Positions 13,821 through 27,033 of a stretch of 64,000 nucleotides of DNA are shown here, piece after piece. The notes under the pieces were generated by a model. It ran no database searches, was not told where the DNA came from, and saw nothing but the letters and a program-made list of their open reading frames with translations. This DNA is from the human T2T-CHM13v2.0 reference genome, Homo sapiens, in NCBI RefSeq assembly GCF_009914755.1, contig NC_060928.1. One strand, 5' to 3'. Both the position numbers and the translations under genes were made by a program. Positions within the stretch are counted from its first letter, which is position 1. Every line of letters begins with the position of its first letter.

Positions 13821-14996
13821 ATGGATAGAGGGAAAAAGTGAGAAATGGAAGTAGAAATAGCTTAGGAGGAGCTGAAACTACAGTTCAGCTTCCTTACCCA
13901 AAAAATCCCCTATAGTCTTTTCACTCATTGGTATATTATCTGAAATGTTATTTCATTTTAAAATTTATATATTCAACTCAGTTCCTAATTCTGATCTCAA
14001 CCACAAAGTTGAGATTAGTTTTAGTTTATGTTATGAAAGTGATTGAATATTTCTTTGTACCCATTCCTTCAGTTGGTCAAGAAATTAATTACAGGTATAG
14101 TTTTACAATCAAATATACTTTTCTATATGATAATCTTTATCCCATTAATTTTTATTTTTATTGGTTACAATTTTAAAAGCTTACTTTCTAATCAAACATT
14201 CTTTAATTTTAATTCCGCAATACACAACTTGCTAAAATTTATTGGAGGGAACCTTCTACCTTCCCTGAGTGTCACTGTCAACATAGCTTTATATTCCTTT
14301 CTGCAACTTCATTTGGGGAGCCGTTGAGTTGATTTCATCCTATGGGGGAAAAAACAATTTCCTTTACAGTGTTATTTTTCTAGAAAAAGCTTAAAATTTT
14401 ATCATGTTTCTAACATTTTAATGGTGATAGAAAATTAAAACTTCCAAAAGAGTAGGCCTATTGAAGAAAGGTACTCTGCCAGACCTACTGCTATCTGGCT
14501 TGGTACATCATTGCATTGCTCTACCAAAGTTCCTGCTATTAGAATTTGCCCGTTTCCTACTGACTGGCTCATTGCTGAAGCCTCTGTTTTTCTTAAACAT
14601 TGCATTGCAGTCTCCAATTGTGTTATATCTATCCAAGTTTTGACTAAAGAAGGGATACTGTTTTGTGACGTAGAAAGCAAATGGGACTTGCTTCTGGCTA
14701 CCTAGAAGCTTATTTCAGCAGGAGGTAAATGTACTGAACAATTATAGCTGCATATTTGTTTTCTTGAAGCAAGCAGTAGAACAATGAAAATATAACAGTT
14801 ATGTTTTGACTTTTTATCTTTCATTTTGCTTTATTTGGTGATTGTGCTATAAAATGCCACTGTAAAGATCAAATTGATTTAGGATAATTAAAATTGATTA
14901 AGTTTGTCATATATTTTTAAAATGTGTAAAAAGCTTGAATTATAGCCCACCATCAAATTATAAATCATTAATAAACTGTGAAGGCATTTGCATTCT

Positions 14997-15310
14997 TTTT
15001 TTTTTTTTTTTTTTTTTTGAGACAGCATCTCACGCTGTCGCCCAGGCTAGAGTGCAGTGGCATGATCACTGCAGCCTCACTGCAACCTCTATCTCCTGGG
15101 TTCAAGCAATTGTCTGCTTCAGCCTTCCGAGTAGCTGGGATTACAGGTGCCCGCCACCATGCCTGGCTAATTTTTTTTTTTTTGTATTTTTAGTAGAGAC
15201 GGGGTTTTACCATCTTGGCCAGGCTGGTCTTGAATTCCTGACCTCGTGATCCACCCACCTCAGCCTCTCAAAGTGCTGGGATTACAGGCATGAGCCTCCA
15301 CGCCCAGCCT
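14997..15310 (-). mobile_element. Alu (AluS-type)
   Basis: Perfect 14-bp TSD GGCATTTGCATTCT at 14983-14996 and 15311-15324. Confidence 0.95.
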
Positions 15311-15518
15311 GGCATTTGCATTCTACTTACAATGTTGAGTACTTGTCTTCTGCAAGTTACTAGAAATAACGGAATAAGACAGTCAGATTTTACCATTACT
15401 GTCTCCAGTGGAGACAATAATTTTAGGAGCTTTATTAAAGCTTAGAAATACTAATATAATCTATCTGTACTTCCGAAAAGTAATGCCTGACATGTATACT
15501 TACTTTTGTTGTTTGTAG

Positions 15519-15576
15519 TGCTAATCCTCCATCTGGAATTGAAGATGAAACTGCTGAAAATGGTGTACCAAAACCG
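15519..15576 (+). CDS. FIP1L1: FIP1L1 exon 4 ([20 protein letters not shown])
   Basis: TTTGTAG| acceptor, |GTAACA donor, 58 nt, frame continuous. Confidence 0.95.
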
Positions 15577-16604
15577 GTAACATAAGGCTTTGAAATCCAG
15601 TTACTGATACAAATCTTTATCAATAGCTTCACAGTTTACATAGAAAGCAAGCTGGCATTTTACATTACCTTCAGTATCAGGTGTTATCTGGCCCTTTCTT
15701 ACATCTCCTACTTCATCTGGTGCCATCAAAAACATATATAGGAATTAAAATGAGGAAAAGAAATAGTAGAAAGACTGCAGAGGAAAATAGTATGTGCAAA
15801 GGCTTGATGTTTATTGCTTTCAAGGAATTGAATGGTTATAAATCTACTGAATATAGTGAGCCTGGTTTTCAGAGCAAGTTTTGAGCCCACAACCTTTCAC
15901 TGTTACGATTTTTTAACGTTGCTTTTTAATGTATGTGACAGTCCCTGACTGCATGCCTGCATGCCATTGATACTTTGTGAGGTGAACATATCATTGGTCC
16001 TATGAATATTTGTGCATTTTAATCCTATAAAAGGAAGGAAGTTATTGTTCCGGAAGTTTGAAGTTGTATACAAAAAAGTATTTTGCCTATGTGATCTACT
16101 TATTTACTATGATGTGATTAAGCACAAAATAGCCTTTAAGAGCCAAAGTAAAATCTTCACAAATATAGAATTTGCATGTAGGGCCTCTTCTAGGTATACA
16201 AGAATACCAAGAATAACTGAGCTTCTACTTAACTATTTGGTACTTCTTATGCTTTGGGGTTTTTTTTTTTAATTCTTTAATTGATTTGGTACATTGTATT
16301 TGTGACACTGTGAATCTTAAAATTGTTTTCCTCTTAGATTCTTTTTTGCCAAGACTTCTCAAATACTTATTTTTTATAATTTTATCTTGTAGGTATCTTA
16401 GTAAGTTGCTTTAGATCTTTTTGCAAGAGGGGCAGATATGATAGTTAAAAAAAAAATGAGGTGTTGTTTACCACAAGGAGATGATGCCAAAAAGATTTCA
16501 TTTCTTTATTCATAGTCTTATCCTTTTTATCCTGTAGAACATCAAAATTATGAGTTGAAATAGGTGGCAGCATTATAAGCTTGTAACTTTTAAATTGTAT
16601 CTCA

Positions 16605-16988
<384 letters not shown>

Positions 16989-17013
16989 TTATAATTTGTT
17001 TATGTTCATGTAG

Positions 17014-17117
17014 AAAGTGACTGAGACCGAAGATGATAGTGATAGTGACAGCGATGATGATGAAGATGATGTTCATGTCACTATAGGAGACATTAAAACG
17101 GGAGCACCACAGTATGG
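17014..17117 (+). CDS. FIP1L1: FIP1L1 exon 5 ([35 protein letters not shown])
   Basis: TAG| acceptor, |GTAAGT donor, acidic tract, 104 nt. Confidence 0.97.
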
Positions 17118-17367
17118 GTAAGTTATTTTTTAGTAAGTAACAATTGTGTAAATGCTATATAGTAAGGAGAGTGTGCCTATATCAAACTCTCAGTGGTTGA
17201 GTCCATTGTTTTTACATTTTTCTATTTTAACATAAAAGAACTTGTTAAAGTTTCATCATGAATATACTTCTTTGCTAAAATACAGTTAATTGATTAGGCG
17301 AAGGTACATAGAAGCAGCAGTTTTTGATGCTGAATTTAAAGTGTTTTTATAAAAGAATTGAGTGCTA

Positions 17368-17669
17368 GGCCAGGCATAGAGGTTCATGCCTGTAATCCCA
17401 GGACTTTGGGAGGCCGAGGCGGGTGAATCACCTGAGGTCAGGAGTTCAAGACCAGCCTGACCAGCATGGTGAAACCTTATCTCTACTAAAAATACAATAA
17501 TTAGCCAGGCATGGTGGTGGGCACCTGTAATCCCAGCTACTCCAGAGACTAAGGCAGGAGAATCACTTGAACCTGGGAGGTGGAGGTTGCGGTGAACCCA
17601 GATCGAGCCACTGTACTCCAGCCTGGGTAACAGAGTGAGACTCTGTCTCGAGAAAAAGAAAAAAAAAAA
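17368..17669 (+). mobile_element. Alu (AluS-type)
   Basis: Full dimer with A tail. Confidence 0.95.
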
Positions 17670-20024
17670 GTACTATAAATTCTTTGATTAGAATTAGAAA
17701 TCCTTAAATTGTAATTTGTATCTGTACTTATTATTATTTCACTTTATTATCCAGACCTGAGTTTAGGTTTTTAATTTTTTTGCCTAATAAAAACAATATC
17801 AAAAGTATTTCTTTTTGTTCTTAATAGTGTTTTCAGGTTTCTAATTCTCCCTTAGGCCTTTTAGGCCAATGTTTGTCTCCAATTTTGTATTCTATAAACT
17901 GGACCAAGTAAATGGACTGTCATTGACTCATTGAGCGCATAAAGAATCTTACAGAAAGATTGGAAGGGAAATACATTGAAGTACGAATTGTGATTTAGTT
18001 ACGATAGGAGAATAAGAGTCAATGTGTTTTGTTTTTCAAATTGGCTGTATAATGTGGTTATTATAGCTTATGCATTGGAAACATAAAATACATTAATTTC
18101 ACTATAGTTCATTAAGCAACCTCATCTGGAATCAACCAGTATATACAAAAATATTGTTAAATATTTTATTAGTAGAGTCATTTGTTTTCAGAAGTCATTT
18201 CAGGAAGCTTAAAGCCAATTCAGTTATTGTCATAGTCAGTTTTGTATTATAATAATGACTACCCATGTAATTTTAAAATCCTAGCACCTTTTTAGGGAAC
18301 AGAGTAAAGAGGCTGATTTTTCATGTTAGGGGTGGATATTCTAAATGTGCTCCTCATTCTCATTTGGGAAAGTAAATAATTACTTAATGAGAAAGTTGGG
18401 CTTATACTGTAGTACTAGTAGGCCTTTACTATCTGCATGATGCAAAAGGAACACATAAAATTGTAATAATTGCATGTTCATTAAATGTTATGTAAAATTA
18501 TTTGTATTTGCAAGTTATAGAACAACTTGAAGCAAATGACAATTTTTTTGGATTATGGATGGGACCTTTTTTTGGTAGAAATTGCACTCAAATATTAAAT
18601 ATACGTGGACTTCCATAGTACCTTACTAAACTTTATTTCTTATAGCAATTTTCAGTTTTATGCATTGTAATTATGTTTATACATATTTATTACCTTTACA
18701 CACTTCAGATTTCTATAGAGTAGAAACCATTGAATTCAAAACTCTTCAAAAAAACAAGAAACTGTGATTTATGGAGTTTTCTATTCCTCACATTGCCTTA
18801 AATACAGTTAAGTGTGCAGTAAATGGTTATTGACTAAATAAACTGAATGTTATTTAGTTACAGTTGTCTCTGAGGGTTTTTCCCCTTAGACATTTGATTA
18901 TGAAAATTTTCAAATGCTCACAAAAGTTGAAGGAATTGACATGTGAATGCTCATTTACCCATCACCTAGATTATACAATCTACATTTTGCTTTGTTTGCT
19001 TGAACTCATATCCCTCTATGCGTTTACCCATTTATCAGTTGATTTATTTTTTATTCATTTTATGCATTTCGAAAGTAAAGTACAGGCATTTGTGAAGAGT
19101 GTAAAGTTGTTTAACCTCTATATTTCAAGGTATATCCCTTGAAAACAAAGTCAGTGAGAAAATGAAATTTGATAAACATTTACTTATGCACAGCGTTTTC
19201 AGAAGCAAATTTAAAGAACAAACTGTGTCCAAGGACTGAATTGATTTATTGTAAATTGTTAGGAAATACAAAATAGCATTTTTTTTTTTTTTTTGCGTAA
19301 CATACCTTTGTTACAAGTTCATTTTATATGTAAGTAAGGTATGAAGAAAAGCAACTCTTAAAGTAGAAATAATTTATCTTGGAAAGTAGTTTGTTACCTA
19401 TCTCTGTGAGATTGATCCATTTATGTACTCAATAAATAATTTTTAAAGACATAATTTATCTGGCACTGTGTTAAGTAGCAAAGATAATGTGCCTTTATCA
19501 AACCATCTGTGATCATTCCATTATTATTATTGTTTTTACATTTACCATGCTACAAAAGAACCCTTGGTAAAATCACCATGAAATTTCGTGGAGTTAACAA
19601 ATTAGATAAAGTTACATGAAAGCAGCAATTTTTTATCTGTGAATGTATTAATTGATGAGAATACAGGAAGTTATTATTTTCCAGAGGTAGTGAGGATGCC
19701 AGACATGTGAGTAAATATTTTCAGTGCAACATAAGTGCTAGAATAGAAACATGTACAAAGTGATTCGAAAGGTTTGAGAGGAGAGTTGCTAAAAGCCTAC
19801 AGGTGTTGAAGAGAAGATCCCAGAGGTAACATTTGAACTTGTTTGAATAATTTTTGAGATGGGAGACAGTGGTTTTTAGGTGGAGGACACTGCCTAACAA
19901 TAAATATATTAGATGCGTGCCTTGGAGGAAGTACATGGCTGGAGGATAAGGTAGATGAAAAGAGATGGTTGAAATCACTTATGGAAGGAGTTAGGATGCT
20001 TTTGCTATGTCTTTGTAGACCTTG

Positions 20025-20226
20025 CAAGCTTGTCCAATGCACCTTATTTTGTTGCTGTTGTTGTTCTGTTTTGCTTTGTTTTAGTCTTTTAGCTGCCCAA
20101 AGCCATGGTTTTTAGTTTCTGTCTCCAGTGATAAGTGGAAAAGAGGGGTGATAAAGGGGCTTTACTGGCCTAACCAGAAACAGAAACTAAGGACTCATGA
20201 CTGTATTCTCTCCCTTAGACACCCCT
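20025..20226 (-). mobile_element. hAT-Charlie MITE, MER30-family-like
   Basis: Termini CAAGCTTGTCCAA ... TTAGACACCCCT resemble MER30 ends; ~200 bp. Confidence 0.55.
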
Positions 20227-20420
20227 AATTAGGTTTTTAGACAGGTCATATCATTTGAAAAGATAACTCTAGCATCAGTAGTTGAGATGGGTTAGATAGA
20301 GAGACATTGACTAATAGATGTGAAGTAGTTGTCCAGGTGAGATGATAATCTAGACTAAGGCAGCAGTAGTAGAGAGATGAATGGGAAAATAGTACATTTG
20401 AGTATTAGAGAAACAGAAAT

Positions 20421-20550
20421 ATAGTCAGGCATGTGGTATACACCTGTAGTCCCATGGACTTGGGAGGCTGAGGTAGGAGGATTGCTTGAGCCTTGGAGTT
20501 TCAGGCCAGCCTGGGCAATATAGTAAGATCCTGTCTCAAAGAATAAATAG
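20421..20550 (+). mobile_element. Alu monomer (FLAM/FRAM-like)
   Basis: Single diverged Alu arm with A-rich end. Confidence 0.75.
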
Positions 20551-21585
20551 AAACAAATAACATGGGTAACTGGTTGGTTGTGGATGGAGGAGGAGATAAA
20601 GGGCTCAGTGACTTAAAGATTTCTAGAGCAGTTAATTGGGTACAGGTGGGTGCTACTGCTCCCACCTCCCACAAAACAGATTCATTTGACATGTTTATTT
20701 TGGAGTTCCTATAGAAAGTCCAAGTATAGGATCTAGCATTTAGAGTGGTCTGAGACTTCATAGGGATCTATTGGACATTATATCAAATTTGCCTCTGCAA
20801 TTTTTCATACCACTAAGCTTCTCTACACAGGCTTCTCTACAAAGGCTTGTGGCTTAAAAAAGAAAAATGATGTTTTAAAAGGCAGAATGGGGAATAGAAA
20901 GTAGCTAGGTGGAAAGCGAAGAAGCTCATTTATTGAACACTTGTGGCTAAGCCTTTTATAAAAATACTGTTTTATTCTATACGGTCCTGTAAGAGAACAG
21001 TTTAGAGAAAATCCTTGATTTTTGTACATTTGTAGAAAAATCATGTACATCATATGTAGATACCGCTAAGTCACTTTTTCTGAATTTGGATTGTTAAAAT
21101 GTAAACATCGTGAAGGCAGGAACCGTAATTGTCCAGCTCCTCATACTTTTTCCTCAGCCTAGAACCATACTTGACATGGTTTGGTGCTCAGTAAGCATTA
21201 CATGAATTAATCAGCCTATGAAATGATTATTTCAAGTTGGTGACGATAGTACTGCTTGACAGTAGTAATATTTGGTCCACTTTGTAATTTTTGCATTTCT
21301 AGCTGTGGAGCTACAGTTATTTGATACAATTAAACATTTTATTGAATTTACATTTTTCTTTTTTAAGTAGAAAAGAAAAGTGACAGTGCAAATGTAACTA
21401 AACCTAAGTCTTAAATGTAGTACATCAGAGACAAAAGATGGAAGTAACTATTATTAGACCCAAAGCAGTGAATCTGAAGTCCAGATGGCTGAAGTTCTGA
21501 GAGAAAAGAACCAAATATATAACATGAATATAATGTGAGAAATATATCATTATAAACATCTGTGACTTGAGGTCTTACTGATATC

Positions 21586-21875
21586 TTTTTTTTTTTTTGA
21601 GATAGAGTCTCGCTCTTTTGCCCAGGCTGGAGTGCAGTGGCGCGATCTCACTGCAAGCTCCGCCTCCTGGGTTCACGCCATTCTCATGCCTCAGCCTCCT
21701 GAGTAGCTGGGATTACAGGCGCCCACCCCCATGCCTGGCTAGTTTTTTCTATTTTTTAGTGGAGACGGGGTTTCATGGTGTTAGCCAGGATGGTCTTGAT
21801 CTCCTGACCTCGTGATCCACCCGCCTCGGCCTCCCAAAGTGCTGGGATTACAGGCGTGAGCCGCCGTGCCCGGCC
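21586..21875 (-). mobile_element. Alu (AluY-like)
   Basis: TSD GTCTTACTGATAT at 21572-21584 and 21876-21888. Confidence 0.95.
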
Positions 21876-22775
21876 GTCTTACTGATATGTTTTTGTTCAG
21901 TGGGAGTTGGTCCTTCTTTGCCCATTCCCGTTTTCTTCTAACTTCCCTAGTAACAGAAAAGTCTCTTTTAATTAGTATATTTGATAATACTACTCATATA
22001 TAAGAATCCATTATATAAAGAAGTAAAGAACTGTCTGTAACCCCGTATTACAGAAAATGTATACAAGGCTCATTTATACAAGTAAAAATGCAATGAATTA
22101 TTCAAATAATTGTATACAAGTCTTAGGTGTTTTGGCCAAGATTACACAACTAGCAATTGACAAAACATTTGAATGTGGGTTGGTCCAACTTCAGATATTT
22201 TTTTCTTTATCACTGTGTATTATATTACATCTAAAAAGGTGCAGCTTAATATTTTTTCAAATATATACATTCATGTAACTACAGCCAGATCAAGATATGA
22301 AACATAATTGGCATCCTAGAAGTTTCTCTCATTTTGCCTCTTGGTCATTAACCACCCACCACCGGCAAACACTGTTCTGCTTTCATGCTAGACTTATTTT
22401 TGAATTTCTTGTCAATAAATTTCTGTTATGGACTGAGTACTCCATGAATAGTTGAAAAAGGATTTATTAACAATATCAAATGCAAGAAGAACTGAAAGGC
22501 CACTAGATTTGACAACAAGTTGGAGGAATTTTACTTATGCTTAAGAGTGCTGTATATTTAATAACTGGGAGGCAAGGAAATGAAGACAAGGGGTGTAAAC
22601 TATTTTTCCCTTCTTAGCCTTATTTCTTGTGAAGTTTGTTACAGTAGAATGTTGAGTTATTGGCAAAAAGGTTTTTGAAATGGAAACAAGTCAGGCTTTT
22701 TTTTTTACTGTTTTTGCCTTTTATTGAGCAAGTGACTTTAAAAATCAGTTTAAAATGTTTTTTAAAATATGTGTT

Positions 22776-22912
22776 AGCTGGGCACGGTGGCTCACTCTTG
22801 TAATCTCAGCATTTTGGGAAGCCAAGGTGGGAGGATTGCTTGAGCTCTGGAGTTCGAGACCAGCCTGGACAACATGGTATGAGATCTCATCTATACAAAA
22901 TTTAAAAAATAA
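22776..22912 (+). mobile_element. Alu left monomer (FLAM-like)
   Basis: Single left arm ending in A-rich linker. Confidence 0.75.
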
Positions 22913-23048
22913 AGATAGAAATAAAATGTGTGTCACACTATCCATTTACTATGTGATTGTATAATTTGTTTGTACAAATGGAATATATTACTGTTTTGTT
23001 TAAGCTTTTCAGGATAATTTCTGTTTTTTTTTGTTTGTTTGTTTTTAG

Positions 23049-23113
23049 GAGTTATGGTACAGCACCTGTAAATCTTAACATCAAGACAGGGGGAAGAGTT
23101 TATGGAACTACAG
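23049..23113 (+). CDS. FIP1L1: FIP1L1 exon 6 ([21 protein letters not shown])
   Basis: TTTTTAG| acceptor, |GTAAAA donor, 65 nt. Confidence 0.96.
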
Positions 23114-23181
23114 GTAAAATTTGTATTTTCTGTTGCATCAATAGGGAAATAAGGCACATATCTTAAATAGGTCTTAATAGC

Positions 23182-23479
<298 letters not shown>

Positions 23480-23610
23480 AAGGTGATAATAGCTCTTTTT
23501 AAAGAGTAATTTTTGACCGTACATCACAGAGACTGGTAAAGTTTTTCTGGCAAGAGTCCAGTAGCACGTATTTTAGGCTCTGCTTTGTTTGGAACCCTTG
23601 CCAGGTTTTT

Positions 23611-23699
23611 TGCCAGGAATAGTAAAAAGATGTTTGTTTTCTGTTTGTGTGTGTATATGTGCCAGGAATAGTAAAAAGGTGTTTATATTTTCTGTTTGT
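23611..23699. repeat. Imperfect tandem duplication, ~49-bp period
   Basis: TGCCAGGAATAGTAAAAAG..TGTTT..TTTTCTGTTTGT at 23611 and 23660. Confidence 0.85.
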
Positions 23700-23760
23700 C
23701 TATGGTATCGCCTGGCTTCTTGCAAGTATAGCTCCTTCATTTTGTAATTTTATAAAACAG

Positions 23761-23868
23761 GGACAAAAGTCAAAGGAGTAGACCTTGATGCACCTGGAAG
23801 CATTAATGGAGTTCCACTCTTAGAGGTAGATTTGGATTCTTTTGAAGATAAACCATGGCGTAAACCTG
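23761..23868 (+). CDS. FIP1L1: FIP1L1 exon 7 ([36 protein letters not shown])
   Basis: ACAG| acceptor, |GTAAGA donor, start of conserved Fip1 domain (DKPWRKPG), 108 nt. Confidence 0.98.
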
Positions 23869-24248
23869 GTAAGATTATTGTGGATTATATTAATTTCAAT
23901 ATTTTCAGTGTGAAGTCATCAGAAAATTTTTTTGAACATCAATTTAGAATTTTATTTTTTCATTATAATTTTAATTGTCTTAAGCAAATGATGAGTAATA
24001 ATGACTTGGGATTATTAAATCTTACTGGTGGCCTTGTATTACTTAAAATGTAGACTTATTGTTTATTATAATGGCGTTTGTAAAGGGAATAATTTGATCA
24101 AAAATGTTATAGTCTTTTTGCCACCATAAATGATAGAGTGATAACTGATAGAACTCTAAATTTATATTTTTATAGTTTAGTATATTTTTGATGCTGCATA
24201 AAATTAGAGCTGAAATATTTGTACACTAAAGTTGTGTTTTATCTTTAG

Positions 24249-24379
24249 GTGCTGATCTTTCTGATTATTTTAATTATGGGTTTAATGAAGATACCTGGAA
24301 AGCTTACTGTGAAAAACAAAAGAGGATACGAATGGGACTTGAAGTTATACCAGTAACCTCTACTACAAATAAAATTACG
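24249..24379 (+). CDS. FIP1L1: FIP1L1 exon 8 ([44 protein letters not shown])
   Basis: Hallmark [12 protein letters not shown] Fip1 (CPSF30-binding) motif; TTTAG| and |GTAATT; 131 nt. Confidence 0.98.
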
Positions 24380-24669
24380 GTAATTAATAAATACTCCGGA
24401 ATACCCTTGGCTTGTCTACCGTCCCACTTTTACTCCCCAAATAAATCGCTTCCCTATAAAAGTGGTTAAATGCTATATGATAGTTTAAAAATTCCATTTT
24501 GTTTACCATGTTTGTTTTTCCCTTCCCTCCCTTTTAGAGTTTCGTATTTAATGATTATCTGATGTTCTTACTTTCAAATCACAGACTAGCCACAGCTAGT
24601 TTGTCTTTATATGGCCTATTAATTAAATATTATGTGGTATCTTAATGGGGAATATGTTATTTAACTTAG

Positions 24670-24738
24670 GCCGAAGACTGTACTATGGAAGTTACACCAG
24701 GTGCAGAGATCCAAGATGGCAGATTCAATCTTTTTAAG
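24670..24738 (+). CDS. FIP1L1: FIP1L1 exon 9 ([23 protein letters not shown])
   Basis: CTTAG| and |GTGAAT; 69 nt phase 0-0. Confidence 0.93.
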
Positions 24739-26996
24739 GTGAATTTTAGTAAATTATCCTTGGTTGCTCTCATTTTTTGTTCTTGAGTCTGCTCCCATGC
24801 CACTACTCAAGGGACAAGATTAAAGTGGAAATAGCTACCTTTTTTCCAAACCTTCAGCTTCCTGGTGACTTACAAATTTGCTGATTGTTGTTTTATCTCC
24901 ACTTTTGCAAGCATGTGAATTTATAGCCTATTATACTAACAAATGCCGAGTAAAACTATTGTTTGCTATATGTTGTGATTTCATTTTGAGTCGTAATACA
25001 TGTTTGTAGGATAGAAAAGTTAGTGGCAACAGATTATGCTCTCATTGTAGATAATACTCTAATCTTTATCAACAGAATTGGAAACTTTTTTGTTCTCTTT
25101 AAAAAAATGGTAAGGAAGGTGGCATACTGTTTATCTCTATGACACTTATAACACTGATATCATTGGTATAATGCCCTGATAGCTCAAGATATCTTCAAAA
25201 ATCTTAGGCATTCTCTGAGAGGCTTTAAGAACTCAACATAATGAGATACTGCCATTGATTTTAAAAATTTGTTCTTAAAAGGAGTAGGTTTATGTGAGAG
25301 ACTTTGAGGTTGATACTACAACTTGTATAACAAGTCTGATTTCTGGCTTCTCCATTCCATGGTATGATCACAGACCCAGTCCAAAGAATAATACTATATT
25401 GTCATAGTTCTTTTATGGAAAACTGATTGTGTACTCTTTTTTCTTTACCTTAATAGTTGACTCTTATATTGAATGACACTGGGATGAAGATTGGGAGTGG
25501 CTTTTAGATTGGGTTGTATACTCAGGGAACTTTAGTGGACTGGAAAGAGACCACTGCTCCCCTTTTGGGTTTGCAGCCCTGTCCACCAGAATACTGCCTT
25601 ATGCAGTGTGTGTGCTATGTCTGCAGATACAACCACTCTACTGTACACAGTTCTATATAGATAATTTTATTTTAATTTACATCCTACTTTGCGTAAGTAT
25701 TTGGTTCTTCTTTTGCAAATATTTTGAAAGTATGTGATGATGTCTGTTGTGTTTTAAAGGGTCATCAGTTTTTTCTGGGTTATATTGTCTATATAGGCAT
25801 TGAATATATTAAACTTGACTGCAATGGGTAGAAAAGTTGTCTTAATGAACTAGTTCATTAGCAGCAGTGCATTTTATTTTCTTTTAATAGAAATGAGAAC
25901 TGCCATCATAAACTGTTAGCTTCTGTATACTTCATTTTTTGTAGTAGACTTAAAAAGAGAATAAAAAGAAACTCCTAGGGGTCAGTCTCATTGAAGGTAG
26001 CCGTTATGAATGTGTATTTTATATACATACTGTGTACTGAAAAATTTATTTTGAAGTTTCTTTTGGCTATGTGAGAGGAGGTCATAGAGTATTCCATTCT
26101 GATTGGATTCTGAATGAAAGATTTTAATTCGATGGGTACAGTCTTCATGGTTTTCTTGCCTTGATAGTGTGTTTAAATACTAATATGTTTGGTAGAAATA
26201 CTGATTTGGGAATAGGGTGTGTATTAAGAATATGTGTGGCAAACATTTTTTCTTTATGTATATTGTGGTCCGTAGGAAATGGTGGAAATAGGGCCATGAT
26301 GAGCAGGACATTGATTTTAAACTAACCTGCAAACATTTGTGTAGCCAATAGGAAGCTGTTTGAAAGTTCCTGAGCAGTAGAATGAAGTGGCAGATCTGGT
26401 ATTTAGAAAAGGAACTGGCAGCAGGATGGGCTGTAGAATGAAAGGGGTGTGAAACAGATAGGGAGCTGTTGCCATACTATGGGACTAAAATGAACTAGGG
26501 CCTGAACTCACTTATGAGGATGAATGGGCAAAGGAGTGGATTTAAGAATTAAAATTTATTTTCATATCTGCTGCAAATAGAATTTTTTCATCCTTAAGTG
26601 TGAGACAGCCCATCAGCCTCTTTAAGATAACTTTATTTACTTTTCATTAAACAATTTGCAAACCCAGTAACAAGTAGAATAGTACACATGAACCCTTAGG
26701 TGCTTATCATACAGCTTCAACACTTAACAGTGTTTTGACATTCTTGAGGTAACAGCCTTTTATGTACTTCAATATGAATAAAGTTTTTTTAAAAAGCAAA
26801 ATAAAAGAAATTTAATAGGTATAAAAATAAAGCCACTCAATTGGGTACAAAAACAATTGTGTAATTATTTAATTAGAGTGAATGGCAAGAGAGAAGTGAC
26901 TAGTGGGAATAGATAACATGTATGTATGAGAAAACGTTGACTACAACGTTTTCTTAAAATATTTTTTATTCATTTGTGCACATATGCATAGATTTT

Positions 26997-27001
26997 CCCC
27001 C

Positions 27002-27032
<31 letters not shown>

Positions 27033-27033
27033 C
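26997..27033. repeat. Poly(C) tract (poly-G on minus strand)
   Basis: C6-GG-C23-G-C5 run in AT-rich intron 9. Confidence 0.95.
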
